A DNA stretch of 64,000 nucleotides, taken from an uncultured Bacteroidales bacterium (GTDB lineage: Bacteria > Bacteroidota > Bacteroidia > Bacteroidales > GCA-2748055). The stretch covers positions 855,446 through 919,445 of the forward strand of contig CAVVVN010000003.1 in NCBI GenBank assembly GCA_963751705.1, read 5' to 3'. The translations under genes and the position numbers were made by a program. Positions 17,863 to 27,964 of the stretch are shown here, piece after piece. The notes below the pieces were generated by a model. It worked only from the letters and a program-made list of their open reading frames with translations. It did no database searches and had not been told where the DNA came from. Numbering within the stretch: the stretch's first letter is position 1; each line of letters opens with the position of its first letter.

Positions 17863-19524
17863 TTACTTAAAACTATTCAATACAGATCGCACGGAACCAT
17901 GCAGGAGCAGGAGCCTTTTTGATTCTTCCATAGTTAAGCCCAGCTCCTCGCTGATCATTCGGGACCCTCTTTCAACCAGCTTGGCATTGGTCAGCTGCAT
18001 ATCCACCATCTTATTGCCTTTCACCCGTCCCAGCTTGATCATGGTAGAGGTGGTGATCATGTTGAGGATCAGTTTTTGCGCTGTACCCGATTTCATTCGG
18101 GTGCTTCCGGTAACAAATTCCGGACCCACCAGCGCTTCCAGGGGAATATCCACAGCTTCGGCCAGTTTGCTGCGGGGATTGTTGGTAATGCAGGCGGTCA
18201 ACAGCCCATGTTTCTTCCCATCCTCAACGGCTCCAATCACATAGGGCGTTCTTCCTGATGCTGCGATCCCAACCACCACATCATTTTCCCCGGGCTTGAA
18301 TTGAGCCAGGTCACGCCAGGCACCATCCCTGTCATCCTCGGCCGACTCCACCGCTTTCCTGATTGCCTGGTCGCCGCCTGCTATAATGCCTATCACAATA
18401 TCATAGGGAACTCCAAAAGTGGGCGGAATTTCTGAAGCATCCACAATACCCAGCCGGCCACTGGTGCCCGCCCCCACGTAGAAAAGCCGTCCCCCCTTCA
18501 TGAGTCTTGGAACAATGCCATCCACCAGTTTCTCAATTTCAGGGATGATCTTAAACACAGCCTTGTGTACGGTACTGTCCTCCTGGTTGATATTTTCCAA
18601 TAACTTCCTGGTGCTCATTTGATCCAGGTTATCATAGCGGGAGGTGGATTCGGTCAGTGAGACGGAAGCAGACTGCTCCGGGCTATGTACCTCTTTGTGA
18701 TAAGTGATCAGTCCATCAATGGGCGAGGGGATGATCTGGCTGATTTTGATCTGATGCTTCTTCATCACCTCTTCCAGAATCTCTTTAAAGTGGAAGGCTA
18801 CCGATCCTGCGAAACCAATTTCCAGAGTCCTGTATTCGCTGTATTTACTGATGTTTTTCTTAAAAAAATCATCAAAGGCATCGGAGACAAGATCCCGTAT
18901 CTCGGCGTGTTCTATATATTTTGCAGCTATCCGGCTTAAGGACCCCAGGTATCTGCTGGGTTGTGGCTGGTTATATACATTTTCCAGGATCAGGTCCATG
19001 GTGAGTCCCTCTTCCCGGATGATGGCTTCCCTCAGCTGATCGCTCAGGTTTCTCTTATGCAGGGCATTTACCAGCCGCTTTCCAATATCCGCTCCGCCCC
19101 CTTCATCACCCAGAGAGTAGCCCATGGCCGGGACCTTTTCAGAGATCTTACCTTCCTTATATATTCCAGTATTGGAGCCTGTCCCCAGGATGCAGGCAAT
19201 GCCGCTTCTGTCCTGGAACAGAGCACGTGCCACACCCAGGAGATCATCCTGCACCTGGATAGCGGGGTGCACTCCGATCCGTTTTTGAAGCGATCTTCGG
19301 ATAATCTCCTTCCTCTTTTCATTGGTAACACCCGATCCATAGAAGTAGATCTCTGAGATATTTTGTTCATCACTCTCAAAGTCCAGGCTCCATAGCTCCT
19401 CAACAATCTCTTTTTCACTGGAATGGTAAGGATTAATGCCCCGGGTGGACAGGCTACGGATCTTATCTCCGCTTATCAGTCTCCAATCGGTTTTTGTGGA
19501 GCCGCTATCTGCTATCAATATCAT
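17863..19524 (-). CDS. murQ: Fusion protein: BadF/BcrA-type sugar kinase (MurNAc/GlcNAc kinase-like) at the N-terminus, N-acetylmuramic acid 6-phosphate etherase (SIS domain) at the C-terminus
   Basis: The ORF track starts at 19593; the probable start is the ATG at 19524 (MILIADSGSTKTDWRL, a kinase N-terminus). The C-terminal half carries the MurQ signature GRLFYVGAGTSGRLGIVDASEIPPTFG. Confidence 0.8.
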   Translation of the reverse strand: MILIADSGSTKTDWRLISGDKIRSLSTRGINPYHSSEKEIVEELWSLDFESDEQNISEIYFYGSGVTNEKRKEIIRRSLQKRIGVHPAIQVQDDLLGVARALFQDRSGIACILGTGSNTGIYKEGKISEKVPAMGYSLGDEGGGADIGKRLVNALHKRNLSDQLREAIIREEGLTMDLILENVYNQPQPSRYLGSLSRIAAKYIEHAEIRDLVSDAFDDFFKKNISKYSEYRTLEIGFAGSVAFHFKEILEEVMKKHQIKISQIIPSPIDGLITYHKEVHSPEQSASVSLTESTSRYDNLDQMSTRKLLENINQEDSTVHKAVFKIIPEIEKLVDGIVPRLMKGGRLFYVGAGTSGRLGIVDASEIPPTFGVPYDIVIGIIAGGDQAIRKAVESAEDDRDGAWRDLAQFKPGENDVVVGIAASGRTPYVIGAVEDGKKHGLLTACITNNPRSKLAEAVDIPLEALVGPEFVTGSTRMKSGTAQKLILNMITTSTMIKLGRVKGNKMVDMQLTNAKLVERGSRMISEELGLTMEESKRLLLLHGSVRSVLNSFK

Positions 19525-19625
19525 GATATAGTAATATGAATGATGTATGACAAATTTCCAGATTATATTTGTAAATTGCAAAATAAACCTCATCCGGACC
19601 TCTGAAACTCTTCAAAAGATCTAGT

Positions 19626-21140
19626 ATGTTACCTGCTAAAATTCAGCGGCTTATACTTTTTTTCAGCTTTTGTGGATTCTTCATGCAGACGCTCCTGGCC
19701 CAGCCGCCCAAAAGGGAATTCAGAGGCGTATGGGTGGCCACGGTAGCCAACATCGATTGGCCCTCTGAAGCAGGCCTCACCACCCATGAACAGCAGGAAG
19801 AGATCCTGCGCCTTATAGACAGGCACAAGAAAAACGGGATCAATGCTATTATCCTTCAAGTACGGCCCACGGCTGATGCTCTCTATTTTTCTGAACTGGA
19901 ACCCTGGTCGGAATTTCTTACTGGAGAGCAGGGGAAGGCACCCGATCCTTTTTACGATCCGCTGGAGTTTTGGATCCGGGAAGCCCACAGGCAGGGTATG
20001 GAACTGCATGCCTGGTTCAATCCCTACCGGATCAACCTGGATACGGCCGAATCTCTGAGCGAAGCCCATATGATACACCAGCATCCCGAATGGGTATTCT
20101 CCTATGCAGGGAGATCCTATTTTTCGCCGGCCAATCCCGCTGTATGGAACTTTGTCACAGAAGTGGTGGTGGATGTGGTCCGCAGATATGATGTGGATGC
20201 CATCCACTTTGACGATTACTTCTATCCCTACAAAGTTGAAGGACTGGAATTCCCTGACAGCCTGGATTTTGTCACCTGGGGAGGCTTGTATTATCCGGAC
20301 CGTCTGGAAGCCTGGAGAAGGCATAACGTAGACACCATTATTTCCATGCTGGGTGCGGCCATCAAGGCGGAGAAACCATGGGTGAAATTCGGGATCAGTC
20401 CCTTCGGGGTTTGGCGAAACCGCTCTGAGGATGAACGGGGTTCTGAAACTACTGCGGGGACCTCCAATTATGACGGACTCTATGCGGATGTCCTGCACTG
20501 GCAGGAAGAAGGATGGATTGATTACCTGATGCCTCAACTATACTGGCGGGAGGATCATCCCGCGGTAGGCTTCTCCACCCTGGCTTACTGGTGGAACGAT
20601 TTTAGCTTTGGCAGGCACCTGTATGTGGGACTGGCACCCTACCGGCTGGACAGGAAATCTAAACATCCGCAATGGCGAAAGGAGAAGTATCTTCTCAGAC
20701 AGATAGATTTGATCCGGGAATTGGAGGGGCTGGACGGTTTCGGCTATTTCAGCAGCAAACATTTTTTCCGGAAAGAACTGGCAAAACTGAATAAAACCCT
20801 GCAAAAAAAGTATTGTCGCACTCCTGCCCTGGTTCCTGAAATGCCCTGGATCGATGCATCGGCTCCCGGGAAGCCCGGAGGCTTAAGGCAGGAAGGTCAG
20901 ACACTGGTCTGGGAGGGGGCAGAGTTTGCGGATGAGATGGACCGCAGCAGGTTTTTTGGGATATACCGATATAAACCGGGGGAGAATACCCTGATCAAAC
21001 GTGCAGGGAACCTGGTGCAGCTGACTGGCGAATCCCGGTATACTTTTGAGAAAGGAATTCCGGCAGGGATCTACCGCGTATCAGGAATTGACCGGCTCAA
21101 TAACGAGAGTCAGCTGAGCGATCCCCTGGTGGTGGAATAA
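19626..21140 (+). CDS. Secreted glycoside-hydrolase-like family 10 (GHL10/DUF187) protein
   Basis: Signal peptide, then REFRGVWVATVANIDWPS and HAWFNPYR, which are typical of the GHL10 TIM-barrel family. Confidence 0.75.
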   Translation: MLPAKIQRLILFFSFCGFFMQTLLAQPPKREFRGVWVATVANIDWPSEAGLTTHEQQEEILRLIDRHKKNGINAIILQVRPTADALYFSELEPWSEFLTGEQGKAPDPFYDPLEFWIREAHRQGMELHAWFNPYRINLDTAESLSEAHMIHQHPEWVFSYAGRSYFSPANPAVWNFVTEVVVDVVRRYDVDAIHFDDYFYPYKVEGLEFPDSLDFVTWGGLYYPDRLEAWRRHNVDTIISMLGAAIKAEKPWVKFGISPFGVWRNRSEDERGSETTAGTSNYDGLYADVLHWQEEGWIDYLMPQLYWREDHPAVGFSTLAYWWNDFSFGRHLYVGLAPYRLDRKSKHPQWRKEKYLLRQIDLIRELEGLDGFGYFSSKHFFRKELAKLNKTLQKKYCRTPALVPEMPWIDASAPGKPGGLRQEGQTLVWEGAEFADEMDRSRFFGIYRYKPGENTLIKRAGNLVQLTGESRYTFEKGIPAGIYRVSGIDRLNNESQLSDPLVVE

Positions 21141-21162
21141 TCATGCAAATAAATTTTTAGGG

Positions 21163-21891
21163 ATGGACGATATTTTCAGGAACATCGGGAATAAACTTAC
21201 TCTAAGCCAGCGTATTGAACGAACGCTTGAGAGTGCCATCAGAGAGAAGAAACTTCCGCTTGGTTCGAAATTGCCCACGGAGCGGGAAATGTGTGAATCC
21301 TTTGGAGTCAGCCGTACTGCATTGAGGGAAGCATTACGACGTTTGAGTGCCCGCGGATTGATCAACATACAGAAAGGAAGCGGGATGCACGTCAGTGAAA
21401 TACACATTGAGGACGCCATTGACACGCTCCATCTTTACTATGATCTGAAATTTGATAAAAACCTGATCTCCCAGATCATCGAGGTCAGGTATGTGTTTGA
21501 ACCGGAAATTGCACGGCTTGCAGCCTTGAACAGAACCCCCGGCGACCTGGAGGCATTGAACAGGAATCTGAGCGAGTTCGAACAGGGTGATCCCGACAAT
21601 ACCCAGCAGGAAGCCGATCTGGATAACCACTTTCACCTGACCATCACCAAGGCCACCCTGAATCCTATTGTGCAGATTAGCATGGAGCCCATCTACTCCC
21701 TGCTCCCCCGAATGAGAAACTATATTTACGGGAATATTGACGGGGAGAAGGCCTTTACCCTGAAAGCGCACCGGGCCCTGGTGGATGCCATCACGATGCA
21801 GGACGGCCTGCGGGCTTATGAGCTTATGAAAGAACACCTGGAACGAACCCGGGAGATCTACCATAGCCATATGAATCCGGAGATTCCCTGA
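21163..21891 (+). CDS. GntR-family transcriptional regulator (FadR/FCD subfamily)
   Basis: 242 aa. N-terminal wHTH (LPTEREMCESFGVSRTALREALRRL) and an FCD-like helical C-terminal domain. Confidence 0.85.
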   Translation: MDDIFRNIGNKLTLSQRIERTLESAIREKKLPLGSKLPTEREMCESFGVSRTALREALRRLSARGLINIQKGSGMHVSEIHIEDAIDTLHLYYDLKFDKNLISQIIEVRYVFEPEIARLAALNRTPGDLEALNRNLSEFEQGDPDNTQQEADLDNHFHLTITKATLNPIVQISMEPIYSLLPRMRNYIYGNIDGEKAFTLKAHRALVDAITMQDGLRAYELMKEHLERTREIYHSHMNPEIP

Positions 21892-22080
21892 GCCCTAAAA
21901 ACATTTTCTTACTTGCCTTGTTATTCTCTACTTAGCGGAAGAGATGAGTAAAAAACTGTGCAGGGAAAGTGACGTTCTGGAAAAAAAGATACAGGATAGA
22001 AAGATGAAGTATCTTTGTAAAAGATGTAATAAACAATCTCCCAAAGAAAAATGGTGTTGCAAACCAAAGAAAATAAAGCG

Positions 22081-22767
22081 ATGATATTGGCCGCCGGACT
22101 TGGTTCCCGGCTGAAACCACTCACCGATCATAAACCCAAGGCCCTGCTGGAGTGGGAGGGAAGGCCTCTGCTGGAACACCTTATCCTGAAGTTGAAGTCG
22201 GCCGGGTTTACTTCCATTGTCATCAATGTTCATCATTATGCCGCTATGATCATGGAGTATGTGAAGCAGCAGAAAAGCTTTGGAATAGAGATCGCGTTTT
22301 CCCATGAAAAGGATGAGTTGCTTGATACCGGTGGCGGAATCTCCTATGCTTCCTGGTTTTTTGGAGATGAGCCTTTCCTGGTATATAATGTGGATATACG
22401 TAGCAATATTGATCTTCGGGCCATGTACGAGGATCATCTGGCCAGTGGAGCAATAGCTACCCTGGCGGTAAAGGAGCGTGTTACCACGCGCAGCCTTTTG
22501 ATGAATGAAGACGCTTACCTGAAAGGGTGGCGCGACAACCGGACCGGGGAGACCATCCTGGCAGGGACAGACGAAGACGGACTTATTCCAATCGCATTCA
22601 GTGCAATTCATATTATGAACCCCGGGATTTTCAAATTCTTTCCCAAAGAAAAACGTTTTCCACTGATGCCATTTTATCTGGAGCTGGCTAAAACAGAACC
22701 GGTCCGTTTGTACCGGCATGATCGTGATACCTGGGTCGATATGGGGAAAATGGAATCCTATACCTGA
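22081..22767 (+). CDS. Sugar-1-phosphate nucleotidyltransferase (MurU-like)
   Basis: The ORF track starts at 22051; the ATG at 22081 gives MILAAGLGSRLKPLTDHKPKALL (NTP-transferase G-loop). About 228 aa, collinear with MurNAc-1-P uridylyltransferases. Confidence 0.75.
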   Translation: MILAAGLGSRLKPLTDHKPKALLEWEGRPLLEHLILKLKSAGFTSIVINVHHYAAMIMEYVKQQKSFGIEIAFSHEKDELLDTGGGISYASWFFGDEPFLVYNVDIRSNIDLRAMYEDHLASGAIATLAVKERVTTRSLLMNEDAYLKGWRDNRTGETILAGTDEDGLIPIAFSAIHIMNPGIFKFFPKEKRFPLMPFYLELAKTEPVRLYRHDRDTWVDMGKMESYT

Positions 22768-22781
22768 TATTTTTCAACAGC

Positions 22782-23501
22782 ATGGAATTAGACGAGAAGT
22801 TAGAGGCGCAAATCGCGCAGTGGAACGAAGAATTAAAGGATAAGAGTCCGGTGGGAGTCATTGGATTCTTTCTGCAGCATTTCGGGGAGCATATCGTACT
22901 CTCCACCAGTCTTGGACTGGAGGATCAGGTTCTGACCGAGATGGTCCTTCGCCAGAAGAAAGACACGGAGGTTTTTACTTTGGACACCGGGAGACTATTT
23001 CCGGAAACCTACGATTTGATTGCCCGGACCAATAAGCACTTTGGGATTCGGATGAAGACCTATTTTCCGGAAGCAGCCAGGGTGGAGCAGATGGTGGCAG
23101 AGAACGGGATTAATCTGTTTTACGATAGTGTGGAGAAGAGAAAATTGTGCTGCTCCATCCGGAAAGTGGCCCAACTGCCCAGGGCTTTCAAAAACAAGGA
23201 AGCCTGGATCTGCGGATTGCGGAAGGACCAGTCGGTCTCCAGGTTCTTTAATAAGCTGGTGGAATGGGATGCGGCCAACGGACTGGTAAAGATCAATCCT
23301 TTGATCAACTGGACCGAAAAGGAGGTATGGGAGTATATTAAAAAGCACAATATCCCTTATAACCTATTGCATGACAGGGGATTTCCCAGTATAGGCTGTG
23401 AGCCCTGTACCCGGGCCATAGAACCTGGAGAGGATATTCGTTCCGGCCGCTGGTGGTGGGAAAATGAGCTGCACAAGGAGTGCGGCCTGCATAAAAAATA
23501 G
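22782..23501 (+). CDS. cysH: Assimilatory APS/PAPS reductase (thioredoxin-dependent; carries Fe-S type Cys motifs)
   Basis: 239 aa with the C-terminal ECGLH motif, plus CC (KLCCSIRK) and CxxC (GCEPCTR) motifs. Confidence 0.9.
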   Translation: MELDEKLEAQIAQWNEELKDKSPVGVIGFFLQHFGEHIVLSTSLGLEDQVLTEMVLRQKKDTEVFTLDTGRLFPETYDLIARTNKHFGIRMKTYFPEAARVEQMVAENGINLFYDSVEKRKLCCSIRKVAQLPRAFKNKEAWICGLRKDQSVSRFFNKLVEWDAANGLVKINPLINWTEKEVWEYIKKHNIPYNLLHDRGFPSIGCEPCTRAIEPGEDIRSGRWWWENELHKECGLHKK

Positions 23502-23506
23502 GGGGA

Positions 23507-24688
23507 TTACTGGTGGATGACACCGGAACCCAGCAGTTCAGCTCCGTCGTACCAGGCTGCAAATTGTCCGGCCGCTACGCCCCGCTGAGGCTCCTTAAAG
23601 GTGATGTAAAGGCCCGATTCTTTTTGAACCAGAGTAGCCTCCTGCAGCTCCTGCCGGTAGCGGATTCGTACCAGATAGTCACGGCTTTCACCCTTTTGCA
23701 TCTCCAGATCCTTTCGGATCCAATGGATTTCTCCGGGAATAATTTTTAATCCGCGTCGATAAAGACCCGGGTGCAGTTGGCCCTGTCCCACGTAGATACG
23801 GTTGGTCTTCACATCCGTGGCAATCACAAAAAGAGGTTCAGTTTTTCCACCCACATTCAGTCCTTTACGCTGTCCCACAGTAAAAAAATGGGCCCCCTGG
23901 TGTTTTCCGGTCCATTTCCCGTCCTCTTTGGCATAGGTCCATGGAGAGCAGAGGGCTTCCAGATCTGACGGGTCTTGTTTTTCAGAGCCGTATTGAGACA
24001 GATCGGAAGGGATTTCAAAAATATTTCCTTCCCGGGCCTTTAATTTCTGTTGCAGAAAAACCGGAAGATGAACCTTCCCCACGAAACAGATTCCCTGTGA
24101 ATCTTTCTTTCCGGCAGAGGCAAGGCCCTGCTTCTTTGCAATCTCTCTGACCTTTGGCTTTTTCAGATGTCCGATGGGAAACAGGGTTTTGGAAAGCTGT
24201 TCCTGGGAGAGCTGGCATAGAAAATAACTCTGGTCCTTATTGGGATCATCCCCGGCCAGCAGGTGATGAATTTCTTTCCCCTTGATCCTGCTGCTTTCTT
24301 TTTTGCAATAATGGCCTGTGGCCACAAAATCCGGTTTGTATACTTCCGCTGCCTCCAGGAAAGCATCAAACTTGATTTCCCGGTTACAGAGTACGTCCGG
24401 ATTGGGGGTTCGGCCTTTCTGGTATTCAGAGAACATGTAGTCGATCACCCGCTCCCGGTAAGGTTTGCTGAGATCCACCACATGGAAAGGGATCTCCAGT
24501 TTTTTAGCCACCAGTTCGGCAAAGACCACCTCTTCATCCCAGGGACAGTCCGCGTCTAAAACCCCTGTTTTATCATGCCAGTTGATCATAAAGAGCCCGA
24601 TAACTTCGTAACCCTCTTCCTTCAGCAGGTAGGCTGCTACACTGGAATCTACTCCTCCCGATAATCCGACTACAACTCGTTTTGCCAC
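23507..24688 (-). CDS. mnmA: tRNA 2-thiouridine(34) synthase
   Basis: The PP-loop [12 protein letters not shown] begins right after the GTG at 24688. The 72 codons upstream in the track ORF (to 24904) overlap the divergent helicase gene and look non-coding. A TAnnTTTG box lies 16 nt upstream of the GTG. Confidence 0.9.
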   Translation of the reverse strand: MAKRVVVGLSGGVDSSVAAYLLKEEGYEVIGLFMINWHDKTGVLDADCPWDEEVVFAELVAKKLEIPFHVVDLSKPYRERVIDYMFSEYQKGRTPNPDVLCNREIKFDAFLEAAEVYKPDFVATGHYCKKESSRIKGKEIHHLLAGDDPNKDQSYFLCQLSQEQLSKTLFPIGHLKKPKVREIAKKQGLASAGKKDSQGICFVGKVHLPVFLQQKLKAREGNIFEIPSDLSQYGSEKQDPSDLEALCSPWTYAKEDGKWTGKHQGAHFFTVGQRKGLNVGGKTEPLFVIATDVKTNRIYVGQGQLHPGLYRRGLKIIPGEIHWIRKDLEMQKGESRDYLVRIRYRQELQEATLVQKESGLYITFKEPQRGVAAGQFAAWYDGAELLGSGVIHQ

Positions 24689-24704
24689 TGGGTCTATTTT
24701 GGCA

Positions 24705-24712
24705 CAAAAATA
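24705..24712 (-). promoter_or_regulatory. Candidate -7 promoter box for mnmA (TATTTTTG on the minus strand)
   Basis: Plus-strand CAAAAATA at 24705-24712 lies in the 60-nt divergent intergenic spacer. Confidence 0.3.
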
Positions 24713-24748
24713 TGAAATTCTAAACAATCCAATCTCTATCTTTACATA

Positions 24749-27700
24749 ATGCCCCCCCTGAACATATATAAAGCATCGGCCGGTTCCGGAAAAACCTTTG
24801 CCCTTACCATGGAGTATCTGAAACTGCTCTTCGGGCAGGAGAAGATCCACCGGCATATCCTTGCGGTTACCTTTACCAATAAGGCTGCTGGCGAAATGAA
24901 ACACCGGATCCTGGATAGTCTGTATGCACTGTCCCGCTACAGGGAGGGGGAGAAAAAGGAAGAAATGGATCTCCTGAGGGAGGCCACAGGCCTGGACGCA
25001 AAAACAATCCGGCGCAAATCTGAAAGCCTTTTAAAGGAAATCCTGAACGACTATTCCGGTTTTTCCGTGGGGACCATCGATAAGTTTTTCCAGAGCGTGA
25101 TACGGGCATTTACCCGGGAGATCGGGATCCAGCCCGCTTATAATCTGGAACTGGACCATGGCCGGGTACTGTCACTGGCTGTGGATCGCATGTTCCAGGA
25201 GCTGGGCAACAGGAAGGACCTGCAGGAATGGCTTATTCGTTTTGCCGAAGAACGGATGGAGAGTGCCGCTTCATGGAATTTTAAAAATGAGATCATTACC
25301 CTGGGAAATCAACTGTTTTTGGAAGCTTTCCAGTCTCTGTTCGAGCATCAGGACATCGAGGTCCTGAACAAGGAGAACCTGGATCTCTACCTGGCTGATA
25401 TTCGCAGCCTGGAAGAGGAAGGTAAAAAGCAGATTCAGGATCTTGGGGCACAGGCCATGCATAGAATTCAAGGGGCAGGCCTGAAACCTGAAAATTTTTC
25501 CGGGGGAGGCAGCAGTTCCATAGCGCTTTTATTCCAGCAGGCAGCCGGGGGAGATAAGCCAAACTTTACTGATAAACGCTTGCAGGGGATGTCTGATCCG
25601 GAGCGCTGGCTAAATAAGAATGACGGAGCAGAGAAACATCACCTGGTGGTCCATGAACTGATGCCGCTTTTAAAAAAACTCTACCAGCATTGGGTGCTTT
25701 TGAATACGGTGGAGGCCGTTCGTTCCTACTTTTTCACCCTGGGCATATTGGCCGATATCTGGTCTTATGTTAGAGAATATACCTTGGAAAGGAATCTGTT
25801 TCTGATTGCTGATTCAAGTCGTTTCCTAAAGGGTATTATAGGGGGGAGCCAGGTGCCCTTTATTTACGAGCGTACCGGTAGCCGGTATCACCATATTATG
25901 CTGGATGAATTCCAGGATACTTCCTTGTTTCAGTATGAGAATTTCAGGCCGCTGCTGGACAATTCACTGGCTTCAGGAAACAAGAACCTGGTGGTGGGCG
26001 ATGTGAAACAGTCCATCTACCGCTGGAGAAACTCAGACTGGAAAATTCTGGCAAGCGACCTGGAAGAGGACTTCAGGCACCAGGATCTTCGAATAGAGAA
26101 ACTGGACAAGAATTACCGTAGCTCCGAAAATATTGTACGCTTCAATAACTCCCTGTTTCAACTGGCTTCTGCTTTACTGGGTGATGAGATTTCCATGGAG
26201 TTGAGCAGCTCAGTAATCAGCAGGGAGGAGGCCCAAGGGGAAGAGGAGCGTTTTCGCTTAGCCTATGACGATGTGGTACAGAATATACCTGAACATCTCC
26301 TGGGAACCGGCGGACGAGTGCAAATGTTTTTGTTTGAGAACCAGGAAGTGGAGTTTAAGGAGGAGGTGCTAAAAGCCCTGCCAGAGTGGTTGGAGCAGCT
26401 GCAGGACACCGGAATTGAACCGGGTCAGATAGCCATCCTGGTGCGAAGCAGCAGGCAGGGCGCCAGGGTTGCTTCCAGCTTGCTGGAATATGCCAGGAAG
26501 AGCGGTAAGGGCGGGAAATTCCGGCTGATTTCCAATGATTCCCTGTTGCTGGTGCAGAATACCTCGGTCTCCTTCCTTGTAGCCCTGCTTCGTCATACCC
26601 TTCAACCCGAACATGTGGTCAACAATGCCCTGCTTAAACAATTATATACCCTATTACAGGACGAAACTACCGATGAGAGCGGGGATCGTTTTTTGCACCA
26701 CCTGGATCCGGAGAAACTTTTCCCTCCAGTTTTTTCGGAACAAAAAGAAGGCTTGAAACTCCTGCCTCTTTACGAGTTAAGTGAAACCCTGGTGGAGATT
26801 TTTAAGCTGGGAGAGAGGCCTGAGGACATGCCCTATATTCAAGCTTTCCAAGAACTTATTATGGATCTGCAAAGGAGGGAAGCCATGGGAGTGGCTGATT
26901 TTCTGGACTACTGGGAACAGAACGGGGGTCAGAAGAGTGTGGCTGTTTCGGAAGCCTCCAATGCCATTCGAATCATGACCATACATAAAGCAAAGGGATT
27001 GGAGTTTCAGGCAGTCATTGTTCCTTTCTGTGACTGGTCACTAACCCCGGACTCCAGATTTACAAATATACTCTGGTGCCATACCGGCGGTACCGGACTA
27101 GACCGGATCCCGGTAGTCCCGGTAAAATACAAGAAGGAGCTGATTCATTCCAATTTTGCCCCTGATTATTACAGGGAACGAATGAAATCTTATATGGATA
27201 ACCTGAATCTCCTTTATGTGGCCTGTACCCGGGCAAAGGAACAATTAATTCTAGGGCTTCCCCTTGGCAAGGGCAAGGGCATGAATCAGGTGAACGATTT
27301 ACTGGAAGCGGTATTGGATAAGCAGCCCGTAAAAGAACCAAATACCCCACCCCTAAAAACTTTCCTCCGGGAGAGACATCTGGACTACGGTGAAAGCTGC
27401 CCTTCAGATTCAAAGGAGGAGATAGCCGATCCCTGGGAGTTTACAGACTACCCGGTAAACCTCAGGAGCCGTTCCCTGAGGATTCGTTTGAGAAACGACC
27501 AGTATTTTTTGGATGAGGCGGGCTTGTTCAGTACGGAAAGGAGTTATGGAAATATGATGCACGAGCTTTTTTCCGGATTGAAGCATCTGGAAGATCTCCC
27601 CTTAGTGATGGATCACTACGTGCAGTCGGGACTGGTTCCCCGAAGCGAAAGAGACTCGCTGGAAGAACTGATCCGCTCAAAACTAAATCAGCCCCTGGTC

Positions 27701-27964
27701 TCCGAGTGGTTTTCAGGAAGTAGCAGGGTGATGAATGAACGGGCCATCCTTTGCGGCGATTCCAGGGTACTTCGTCCGGACAGGGTTATGATCGGTGCCG
27801 GGAAAGTTACCGTGGTGGATTTTAAATTTGGAGAACAGCAAAAACCCGCATATCACGGACAGGTCAGATCTTACATGGAACAACTGAAGCGAATGGGCCA
27901 CCAGCAGGTAGAGGGCTATCTCTGGTATGTGATGTTGGATCATAGCGTAAAGGTTGAGCTATGA
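24749..27964 (+). CDS. AddA/RecB-like UvrD-family helicase with C-terminal PD-(D/E)XK nuclease
   Basis: 1071 aa. Walker [12 protein letters not shown], motif [10 protein letters not shown], and a C-terminal RecB-type nuclease motif RPDRV...VTVVDFKFG. Confidence 0.8.
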   Translation: MPPLNIYKASAGSGKTFALTMEYLKLLFGQEKIHRHILAVTFTNKAAGEMKHRILDSLYALSRYREGEKKEEMDLLREATGLDAKTIRRKSESLLKEILNDYSGFSVGTIDKFFQSVIRAFTREIGIQPAYNLELDHGRVLSLAVDRMFQELGNRKDLQEWLIRFAEERMESAASWNFKNEIITLGNQLFLEAFQSLFEHQDIEVLNKENLDLYLADIRSLEEEGKKQIQDLGAQAMHRIQGAGLKPENFSGGGSSSIALLFQQAAGGDKPNFTDKRLQGMSDPERWLNKNDGAEKHHLVVHELMPLLKKLYQHWVLLNTVEAVRSYFFTLGILADIWSYVREYTLERNLFLIADSSRFLKGIIGGSQVPFIYERTGSRYHHIMLDEFQDTSLFQYENFRPLLDNSLASGNKNLVVGDVKQSIYRWRNSDWKILASDLEEDFRHQDLRIEKLDKNYRSSENIVRFNNSLFQLASALLGDEISMELSSSVISREEAQGEEERFRLAYDDVVQNIPEHLLGTGGRVQMFLFENQEVEFKEEVLKALPEWLEQLQDTGIEPGQIAILVRSSRQGARVASSLLEYARKSGKGGKFRLISNDSLLLVQNTSVSFLVALLRHTLQPEHVVNNALLKQLYTLLQDETTDESGDRFLHHLDPEKLFPPVFSEQKEGLKLLPLYELSETLVEIFKLGERPEDMPYIQAFQELIMDLQRREAMGVADFLDYWEQNGGQKSVAVSEASNAIRIMTIHKAKGLEFQAVIVPFCDWSLTPDSRFTNILWCHTGGTGLDRIPVVPVKYKKELIHSNFAPDYYRERMKSYMDNLNLLYVACTRAKEQLILGLPLGKGKGMNQVNDLLEAVLDKQPVKEPNTPPLKTFLRERHLDYGESCPSDSKEEIADPWEFTDYPVNLRSRSLRIRLRNDQYFLDEAGLFSTERSYGNMMHELFSGLKHLEDLPLVMDHYVQSGLVPRSERDSLEELIRSKLNQPLVSEWFSGSSRVMNERAILCGDSRVLRPDRVMIGAGKVTVVDFKFGEQQKPAYHGQVRSYMEQLKRMGHQQVEGYLWYVMLDHSVKVEL

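Noticed and set aside
19629-20537. Long antisense ORFs opposite well-supported genes. Examples are 19629-20537, 21928-22719, 13497-14213, 32808-33692, 48689-49285, 48864-49463 and 49840-50403.
   Set aside because: Their translations are low-complexity or biased (rich in R, P, G or L) with no recognisable motifs. Each lies fully inside a gene with strong family signatures on the other strand. They are shadow ORFs.
24689-24904. A 72-codon N-terminal extension of the mnmA track ORF.
   Set aside because: It would overlap the divergent helicase gene start and its promoter region. The PP-loop begins right after the GTG at 24688, and a TAnnTTTG box lies inside the supposed extension.
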